From NCBI GenBank assembly GCA_030668875.1, contig DAOVER010000069.1, positions 1 to 13,891 on the forward strand: a DNA stretch of 13,891 nt, written 5' to 3'. The first letter of the stretch is position 1; every line of letters begins with the position of its first letter. Below are positions 7,129-13,763 of the stretch, in pieces. The DNA is from Candidatus Heimdallarchaeota archaeon (GTDB lineage Archaea > Asgardarchaeota > Heimdallarchaeia > Heimdallarchaeales > Heimdallarchaeaceae). The position numbers and the translations under genes were made by a program. Under the pieces are notes generated by a model. The model had not been told where the DNA came from. It was given only the letters and a program-made list of their open reading frames with translations, and did no database searches.

Positions 7129-8499
7129 ATGTTCTCTCTTCCTAGTTGTATGCAAGATGAGGAAATCTCAAGATTAGTCAATCTTATTCCTCTAAATTAT
7201 ACAGAATATTTCAATTATCAAGAACTAATATCTAGAATGGATGAAAGGTCAGTTTTTGAGAAAAAACACCTTGGTAACTCTACTCAACAAACAGACATAT
7301 TTGGCTACAAAGTTGGCAAAGGACCCATCAAAGTCCTTATCTATGGTCTTCCTCATTCCGATGAACCTATAGGAACTATTACAATTGATGCGTTAGGAGA
7401 ATTAATATCTACAAATATAGAGTTAGCTAATGATTTTACATTCTTTCTAATTCCATGTATTGATCCAGAAGGCTTATACTTGAATAGAGGGTGGCTGAAA
7501 GGACCGTTTAATCAAAGGAAGTTCTTCTTGAACCGTTATCATAGATCAGATGAGGAGGATATTGACTGGTCATTCCCAATAAGCACAAAGAACTATTCTT
7601 ACGAGACAACAATGAATGAAACAGATATCCTTCGAAGAATAATTGATTCTTACAAACCTGAACTCTTCGTGACATTGCATAGTATTCAGTTTTCAGGAAT
7701 TCATTTCTATTTTAGTAATAATTATGTTACACTTTTTGATAAAATTGAGAGTTTTGTGGAGAAATCGCCTATCCCTTTGCAAAAAGGAACACCATTTTTC
7801 ATTGAAGAAGGTTGGACATATCGTCCTGGATTTTATAGAATTTATACTACAAAGGAAATGCTTAGTGATTATATTCGAGAGGGTATTGACATTAGTACTT
7901 TAAGAAGAGGAGAATTCTCAGCAGGTTACTATTTGGAACATAACCCTAAGGGAATAGCTTTAGTTCCGGAAATGCCTCTCTATTATGATTTGGAACTGAA
8001 TAATCTAGAAAAAGGTGAAAAAACTAAAAAAGAAACCTTTCTAGAAAGCAATCGAATAATGCTTGAAACAATTGATTACATAGAACCTATCTGGAATAAG
8101 TTTAGAGATAAATTGAACAACAAAAATCCACATTTCTTGAGGATTGCTGAGGTAATCAAGAATTGGCGAAAAGAAATCAAAGAAGAAATGAAGATTACTA
8201 GGAAGGAAGGGTCGGATGAACTTGCAACAAAAAGTGAAATCTATAGTAATGAGAAGGTAGTAAAATATAATAGTTGTAATACTTTAGGAGCTTTCCATCA
8301 ACTATTGAAAGATTCAAAAGCAATTAGCAAAAACGAAAGAAGTTCTGTTCTACTTCAATTAGAGAATGAAATTGAATCTATCAGTCACGATGTTGAATCA
8401 AAAACAAATATCCAAAACTCAGATATTAATGAAATGGTAAGAATTCAGATTTTTTCAATTTTAACAACTATGAACTTCTTAAAAAAAGAAAGAAATTAA
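7129..8499 (+). CDS. M14-like zinc carboxypeptidase with helical C-terminal extension
   Basis: Zn ligands HxxE (PHSDEP) and TLHS, IPCIDPEG (NPDG-equivalent), DYKPELFVTLH-type segment, candidate catalytic Glu in VPEMP. The start could be the ATG at 7150. Confidence 0.85.
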   Translation: MFSLPSCMQDEEISRLVNLIPLNYTEYFNYQELISRMDERSVFEKKHLGNSTQQTDIFGYKVGKGPIKVLIYGLPHSDEPIGTITIDALGELISTNIELANDFTFFLIPCIDPEGLYLNRGWLKGPFNQRKFFLNRYHRSDEEDIDWSFPISTKNYSYETTMNETDILRRIIDSYKPELFVTLHSIQFSGIHFYFSNNYVTLFDKIESFVEKSPIPLQKGTPFFIEEGWTYRPGFYRIYTTKEMLSDYIREGIDISTLRRGEFSAGYYLEHNPKGIALVPEMPLYYDLELNNLEKGEKTKKETFLESNRIMLETIDYIEPIWNKFRDKLNNKNPHFLRIAEVIKNWRKEIKEEMKITRKEGSDELATKSEIYSNEKVVKYNSCNTLGAFHQLLKDSKAISKNERSSVLLQLENEIESISHDVESKTNIQNSDINEMVRIQIFSILTTMNFLKKERN

Positions 8500-8514
8500 G
8501 TTGAAGAACAAATC

Positions 8515-9591
8515 TCAAAATATTTGGATACTAGGTATGTATTCAGCTAAGGTGCTGTATAATCCTATTAATGTACTAATTACACCATAAATTAGCAAAG
8601 CATATTTGTGCCATTTTGATAGATTGAAACCAAAAAGAGCTTCAAATTGTCGTTTATAAATCCTTATTGGTAAATCAATCGTTCGAATTATTTTGTAATT
8701 TTGTTCAAATTCTACTCTTAAAATACTTATAGGGTCAGATATCCATCTTTTAGGTACAAGATAAAACTCTACAACAATTTCTTCATCCTCAGTATCAAAG
8801 TAAACAGTTCTTTGTGTAGGTGCTATTGTAACAACATTACTAGTTGATAATGGCCGTACTTTTAAGTTTCCTTGTTCCAAGCCCTCTATTTTTGTAGTAG
8901 CTTCAAGAATTTCCTTACCTAGTTTTTTAGCAGTTATAGAGAAATATTCTGCTTCTTTCTTTGTTAATTCTAGATGTTTTATTGAAACATCTTTTGAGAA
9001 TTCATCTGATTTTAATAGAGTAATTCTTAATCTGAATACTTCATCTAAACACATGTTTTTCGGGAGATGTATAGATAAATCTCTTGTGTGAAGAGTTGGT
9101 TGTTCTTCTAGTATTTCTATAGTCTCTTCATCTAGTGATTCTGTTGGTTCAATGAAAGATTTTTTTGCAAATTCGTTTCTAGATACTTTAGGTGAAACGT
9201 AATGAGGAGAGGCAATGGTTTCTGGTAAAGTCTCCGATTCAATATCCTCTGGAAGTACATCCGATTCAATATCAGTCTCATCCCATTCTTCATTCTCAAC
9301 TTCATCCCATTCCTCTTTCATTTTTGCTTCTTCAGCTATTGCTCTTGACAAAGGTTCTGTTGAAGCAGTTGTTACATAAGGAGCAGAAGAAGGAGGGGGA
9401 GGGGGAGTAGCACGTTTTGCCTTTGATTTTTTCGCTTTAAATTTAAGCCCACCAAGAGTTTCCTGTGATCTAATGGGTTTATCTTTCAATACTCTTGATC
9501 CAAAATCTATTTTTTTAGCAGATATAGAAACAGCTATGGGAAACACAGCTGTAATTAATAATGCAATTCCAACAATTAACCATTCAAACAT
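8515..9591 (-). CDS. Hypothetical membrane protein with terminal TM helices, low-complexity basic/polyPro/acidic linker and predicted beta-sandwich domain
   Basis: 358 aa. N-terminal and C-terminal hydrophobic helices, KFKAKKSKAKR, PPPPP, EEWDE twice, then alternating beta-strand pattern (FRLRITL, LKVRPL, VVEFYLVP, ILRVEFEQ). Confidence 0.85.
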   Translation of the reverse strand: MFEWLIVGIALLITAVFPIAVSISAKKIDFGSRVLKDKPIRSQETLGGLKFKAKKSKAKRATPPPPPSSAPYVTTASTEPLSRAIAEEAKMKEEWDEVENEEWDETDIESDVLPEDIESETLPETIASPHYVSPKVSRNEFAKKSFIEPTESLDEETIEILEEQPTLHTRDLSIHLPKNMCLDEVFRLRITLLKSDEFSKDVSIKHLELTKKEAEYFSITAKKLGKEILEATTKIEGLEQGNLKVRPLSTSNVVTIAPTQRTVYFDTEDEEIVVEFYLVPKRWISDPISILRVEFEQNYKIIRTIDLPIRIYKRQFEALFGFNLSKWHKYALLIYGVISTLIGLYSTLAEYIPSIQIF

Positions 9592-9636
9592 AAGCCATAA
9601 TCAGCTTGCTTTCAAATAAACATTTTGTAAAATAAT

Positions 9637-9657
9637 AAAAAGAAAGAAAAAAAGAAA
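9637..9657 (-). terminator. U-rich terminator after the SPFH gene
   Basis: Minus strand reads TTTCTTTTTTTCTTTCTTTTT directly after the TAA at 9660..9658. Confidence 0.45.
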
Positions 9658-10656
9658 TTAGAGATTGTTACCGCAGTTTCCACAGAACTTTGCGCTTGCG
9701 TCATTCTTTGATCCACAATTGGTGCAAAACTTAATTTTGCCTTTCTTTTCATCGTCTGTTGGATCACCACAGTGAGCGCAGAATTTAGCTGCTAGAGATA
9801 TGTTTTTACCACATTGGTTGCATTTGATAACTGCTGATTCTGATTCACCTTTTTTCTCTATCTTATCTGCTTGTTTCATTTCACTTTTAGAGAACGTACC
9901 GCTAGAGAACATGCTGTTTACCATAACTGCACCAGTTAAACCGCTTCCACCTTCTGGAAGAGCTTCAGCTACTTTAGCCATTCCGGAATATTTCTGAACA
10001 TCTCCTGCTGCAACACCGGATCTCATCCAGAATAAGCGATCTCTGTATTCAGGTGTAGTGTCGATTCCTCCGAATTTTAGGTTCTTAAGTTTTACACCCA
10101 TTTCTTCTAATTCACTCTTAACTTCATCTTCCACGAAATCTGATGTTTTACCAAGATTTGACATTACATCTACAATGCTTTTCTCTGATAATTTGCTAAT
10201 AACTGATTCAACAATGAATGTTCTAAAGAATTCATTAAACTCCGCAGTTGTGTAAATATTTCTGTTACCAGATATTTCAAAAGCAAATTTTTGTGGATCA
10301 TTTATCTTGTAAAAGTAGTCTCCAAAGAACTGTAATGGAGCTAATTCTTGAGTTTGTGATCTTCCTCCAAACTTACCTTGAAAATCACTCATTGACAAAA
10401 ATATAACTTGACAGTTAAAGGGTGATTTATCAAATCCTACTATTCTTGAGAGAAAAGTCGTCAGAAGAGGAATATTCTTTGTTTTCATGAAATGTCTTCC
10501 AGACTTAAGAACGTCATATACAACAGAATCCTTTATGAATACTGCTACCTGATTAGGCATCACATTAACCTGATCTCCCCAATTTATCGTATCACGGGGA
10601 TGTCGATACAAAATTTCGTCTCCACGCCCTGTGGCCCATTCAATAACTTCTACCAT
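9658..10656 (-). CDS. SPFH (band 7, YdjI-like) domain protein with C-terminal double zinc ribbon
   Basis: VIEW...ILYRHP...QVNVMPNQVAVFIKD...YDVLKSGRHFMKTKNIPLL...SPFNCQVIF...GKFG are typical of the YdjI-like SPFH group. C-terminal CNQC/CAHC and CTNC/CGNC zinc ribbons. SD GAGGT at 10667..10663. Confidence 0.92.
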   Translation of the reverse strand: MVEVIEWATGRGDEILYRHPRDTINWGDQVNVMPNQVAVFIKDSVVYDVLKSGRHFMKTKNIPLLTTFLSRIVGFDKSPFNCQVIFLSMSDFQGKFGGRSQTQELAPLQFFGDYFYKINDPQKFAFEISGNRNIYTTAEFNEFFRTFIVESVISKLSEKSIVDVMSNLGKTSDFVEDEVKSELEEMGVKLKNLKFGGIDTTPEYRDRLFWMRSGVAAGDVQKYSGMAKVAEALPEGGSGLTGAVMVNSMFSSGTFSKSEMKQADKIEKKGESESAVIKCNQCGKNISLAAKFCAHCGDPTDDEKKGKIKFCTNCGSKNDASAKFCGNCGNNL

Positions 10657-10662
10657 ATTTAT

Positions 10663-10667
10663 ACCTC
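10663..10667 (-). promoter_or_regulatory. Shine-Dalgarno site of the SPFH gene
   Basis: GAGGT 6 nt upstream of the ATG at 10656. Confidence 0.55.
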
Positions 10668-10939
10668 AATTTTTTGATAACCTTAAAGGTTCTGAATCAA
10701 AATATTGCAATTCTTACTTTTAAATGTATACAAAGTGGGAATAAGTAAAAAATCTATTTTGGAACCTTTTTATTTCCATATTTTATCCTTTTCGCTTATT
10801 AGCTTAAACCATGTAGCATCTTTCTTTAGAATTCTTATAGCAATTTACTTTAGATAATTTATTCTTTTTTAGATGTTTAAAGGAATACCATAACAAAAGA
10901 CCTAGCTTCAAAGTGATTAGATAGTTCTATGAATATACT

Positions 10940-10976
10940 AAAAAAATGTAAAAAGAAAAAGTAAGAAATGAAAAAA
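10940..10976 (-). terminator. U-rich terminator after the surface-protein gene
   Basis: Long T/C tract on the minus strand (TTTTTTCATTTCTTACTTTTTCTTTTTACATTTTTTT) right after the TAA at 10979..10977. Confidence 0.5.
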
Positions 10977-13763
10977 TTATTTCTTTCTTCGTCGTTGCGC
11001 CACTATTCCAAAAATCAAGAATAGAAATGTTATCGAGGGGAGAAGAAAAGAGAAACTTAGAGAAAATGTTTCATCCCCATCTGAAAGTATAGTAAATGAG
11101 TAATATGCCCCAGAATTATCATTGATTGCCAGATTATGACTGATTGAGTTATCTAGTGCACTAATGTAATATTCAATAGTATCACTCACTGCAAAGGGGC
11201 CGATAGTTACACTGTAAAGATCACCACTTATAAGAGTCATACTAACTTCTATCCAAATTCCACCATTAACCCTGTAATGAAGAGTAACTGATTGAATACT
11301 AGAAGCGTCAGTAACAGTAGCGCTAATACTCACAGATTCTAGTTCGGTAGGAGTAGAGGGAGAGTGGATAATATCAGTAGTAATTGGACCAATGACATCA
11401 GAAGGACCTACTAATATGCTAAAGTATTGCCCGTCATTATCCTCCATAACTTCATTATGATCAACAGAGTTATCTATGGCTGTCAAATAATATTCAACAG
11501 TGTCATCAACTACAAAGGGACCGATACTTACGCTGTAAAGATCACCGCTTACAAGAGTCATGTTAACTTCTATCCACGTTCCACCATTGACTCTATAGTG
11601 TATAGCAACTGATTGAACACCATAAGGACTACGTACCGTAGCACTAATACTAACAGGTTCTAGTTCTGGAGGACTAGAGGGAGAGTGGATAATATCAGCA
11701 ATAATGGGGTCCCCAAGAAATAAAGTAGGTTCATCAAGAGGATAAAGATCGATTGCTCCAGCAAAACCATCAATAGAATAAGAACCTGTTCCTGACCAAT
11801 CTGACCAATAGTTACCTTCAAGGGCTACAGTATCATACCAAGTATTATTAGTACCATCATCATGCCCTTGTGGTGTTCCACCATAGTTGTTGTCTACAAA
11901 GTTATTATGGTGAATAATATTAGAGGATGAAGAAGAGTATAGTCCTATTCCATATTCTTCATTTCTTTGCAAATTGTTGTAAGATAGAACACAAGAAGAA
12001 GAATTTTCAAGACTGAGGCCAAAATGTTGGTTTTCAAATAATTCGTTATTGGAAACAGCAGAAAAATCAGAATAGTCAAGACGAATACCTATGAAGTTGT
12101 TATTACAATTGTTGTGGGAAACGGTAGAATTACCGGAATCAATAAGACCAATTCCGTAGTCGTTATTACAAGTGTTGTGGGAAACGGTAGAATTACCGGA
12201 ATAGGAAAGAAAGATGCCAAATTCCTTGCTGCCGAAACAAGTGTTGTGGGAAACGGTAGAAGAACCAGAATGCCAAAGACGGATGCCCCACTCGGCGTTG
12301 TCATAACATATGTTATCGGAAATAGTAGAATTACCAGAATGGTCTAGATAGATGCCCATATTACCATTATTGTTGCACGTGTTATTCTCAATAGTTGCTG
12401 TTCCATCAGTTACATAAAAGAGCACAATTCCCACCTCTATTGCGTCTACATAGCAGTTACGAACAATGAAATGTTTCGTTGTTTCAAAAACATAAATTCC
12501 ATAATTACTAGATGTTGTAATATTATACCCTTCAATAAGATAAGGATCTTCAGCTGTTCCTGAACCGGGAAAAACCTCAAAATCAATGTCGGAAGTAATG
12601 ACTATTGGATCATGAGGGATTAATGGGGGATAAGTGGGTGGGTCACCAGAAGAAACTACTAGTAGAGTATAATAGAGTCCTTCATTGTCCTCTATAGCTG
12701 CATTGTTGTCGATAGAATTATCTAGAGCACTCAGGTAATATTCAATAGTATCACCAACTGCAAAAGAACCAATAGTGACAGAATAAAGATCACCACTCAC
12801 AAGAGTCATACTAACCTCTATCCAAGTTCCACTATTGACTCTATAGTGGAGAGCAACTGATTGCACACCATGAGGGCTAGTGACAATAGCATCGATAGTA
12901 ATAGTATCTAGTTCTGTAGGTGTGGAGGGAGAGTGGTTAATAGCTGTAATATCAGGGGGGCCAAGAAACATTGTAGGTTCAACTAGAGGATAAAGATCAA
13001 CACTACCAGCAGAACCATCAATAGCATAAGTACCCGTTCCTGACCAGTCGGACCAATAGTTGCCTTCAAGTGTTACAGTATCATACCAAAAGTGATTAGA
13101 ACCATCATCATTCGCTTGGGAAGGTCCGCCTAGATTATTGGCTACAAAGTTATTATGGTGAACAAGATCACTATCAGAACCAGATAGGTATACTCCATAT
13201 CCTACATTTTCATATAAAATATTGTAAGTAACGTCACAAGCAGAGTCGTAAAGAAAGATACCTCTGTTGTTATTGTTGTTGCAAGTGTTGTATATAACCG
13301 TAGAAAGACCAGAATACTCAAGAAAGATGCCATCACCATTGTTATAGCTGCAAGTATTGTTGGAAACAGTAGAACTAGTAGAAGCGTAAAGATAGATACC
13401 GTCAACGTCATTGTTGCTGCAAATGTTGTTGATAACATCAGAATTAACAGACCAGTAAAACAAGAGACCATAGTTGTTATAGCTACACAAGTTGTTGGAA
13501 ACAGTTGAACCGCCAGAAGAGTCTATATAGATGCCATAAAGGTTATTGTAGTTACAAGTGTTGCCGACAACAGTAGAGCTAACAGAATCCCCAAGGTAAA
13601 TACCGTATTCGCCGTTATTGCTACAAATATTGTTAGTAATAGTAGAACTGCTAGACTCATAAATATAGATACCTCTTAAGTTGTTGTTGGTGCAATTGTT
13701 ACTAATTACAATCGCTGTACCAGCAGCTACAGTATCGATATAAATACCGTTAGCAACAGATGA
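10977..13763 (-). CDS. Large cell-surface protein: two right-handed parallel beta-helix (NosD/CASH-like) modules, three Ig-like domains, C-terminal TM anchor; 5' end missing (possibly truncated or pseudogene)
   Basis: The track ORF (TTG at 13490) extends in frame 91 more codons to 13763 (SSVANGIYIDTVAAGTAIVISNNCTNNNLRGIYIYESSSSTITNNICSNNGEYGIYL...), bounded by TAA at 13766..13764. GIxLxxSxxSTVSNNTCxxN repeats, HHNNF..N...Q..DDG..N.WYD...EGNYWSDW caps, and a C-terminal FSFLLPSITFLFLIFGIVAQRRRKK anchor. Confidence 0.85.
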   Translation of the reverse strand, partial: SSVANGIYIDTVAAGTAIVISNNCTNNNLRGIYIYESSSSTITNNICSNNGEYGIYLGDSVSSTVVGNTCNYNNLYGIYIDSSGGSTVSNNLCSYNNYGLLFYWSVNSDVINNICSNNDVDGIYLYASTSSTVSNNTCSYNNGDGIFLEYSGLSTVIYNTCNNNNNRGIFLYDSACDVTYNILYENVGYGVYLSGSDSDLVHHNNFVANNLGGPSQANDDGSNHFWYDTVTLEGNYWSDWSGTGTYAIDGSAGSVDLYPLVEPTMFLGPPDITAINHSPSTPTELDTITIDAIVTSPHGVQSVALHYRVNSGTWIEVSMTLVSGDLYSVTIGSFAVGDTIEYYLSALDNSIDNNAAIEDNEGLYYTLLVVSSGDPPTYPPLIPHDPIVITSDIDFEVFPGSGTAEDPYLIEGYNITTSSNYGIYVFETTKHFIVRNCYVDAIEVGIVLFYVTDGTATIENNTCNNNGNMGIYLDHSGNSTISDNICYDNAEWGIRLWHSGSSTVSHNTCFGSKEFGIFLSYSGNSTVSHNTCNNDYGIGLIDSGNSTVSHNNCNNNFIGIRLDYSDFSAVSNNELFENQHFGLSLENSSSCVLSYNNLQRNEEYGIGLYSSSSSNIIHHNNFVDNNYGGTPQGHDDGTNNTWYDTVALEGNYWSDWSGTGSYSIDGFAGAIDLYPLDEPTLFLGDPIIADIIHSPSSPPELEPVSISATVRSPYGVQSVAIHYRVNGGTWIEVNMTLVSGDLYSVSIGPFVVDDTVEYYLTAIDNSVDHNEVMEDNDGQYFSILVGPSDVIGPITTDIIHSPSTPTELESVSISATVTDASSIQSVTLHYRVNGGIWIEVSMTLISGDLYSVTIGPFAVSDTIEYYISALDNSISHNLAINDNSGAYYSFTILSDGDETFSLSFSFLLPSITFLFLIFGIVAQRRRKK
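11082..12953 (-). repeat. Three dispersed intragenic copies of a ~100-aa Ig-like domain
   Basis: Copies at about 12655-12953, 11405-11696 and 11082-11375, each D(I/T)xHSPS(T/S)PxELxxxxIxAxV...SVxLHYRVNxGxWIEVxMTLxSGDLYSVxIGxFxVxDTxEYYxxAxDNS; DNA similarity is visible by eye. Confidence 0.9.
12090..12356 (-). repeat. Tandem 63-69 bp coding repeats (beta-helix rungs, module 2) with a near-identical DNA core
   Basis: GTTGTGGGAAACGGTAGAA at 12111, 12174 and 12243 with a degenerate copy at 12312 (periods 63, 69, 69, all multiples of 3). 12099-12139 and 12162-12202 differ at 1 of 41 nt. Confidence 0.92.
13263..13673 (-). repeat. Six degenerate 66-69 bp coding repeats (beta-helix rungs, module 1)
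   Basis: Units of 22-23 codons, GGY ATY TAT CTT ... TCT ... TCT ACT GTT ... AAC AAY ... TGY ... AAY; 137 codons in total. Confidence 0.85.

Noticed and set aside
9192-10677. Track ORFs 9192..9410, 9800..9997, 10058..10255 and 10492..10677 (+)
   Set aside because: Short antisense shadows of the two well-supported minus-strand genes.
11427-11612. Track ORF 11427..11612 (+)
   Set aside because: Antisense to an Ig repeat of the surface protein.
12099-12340. CRISPR-like look: ~29-nt repeat GTTGTGGGAAACGGTAGAATTACCGGAAT with a small CGGTA/TACCG hairpin and ~35-40-nt spacers
   Set aside because: Periods are 63/69/69 (multiples of 3), the spacers resemble each other and encode in-frame beta-helix rungs, the repeats degrade into the flanking rungs, and there is no leader or cas gene.
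12089-12347. Track ORFs 12089..12304 (-) and 12114..12347 (+) with internal repeats
   Set aside because: They are alternative-frame and antisense read-outs of the same coding tandem repeat.
13202-13471. 89-aa hydrophobic minus-strand ORF that looks like a membrane protein
   Set aside because: It is a shifted-frame shadow of the beta-helix repeats; third-position T/C become middle bases and produce hydrophobic residues with few stops.
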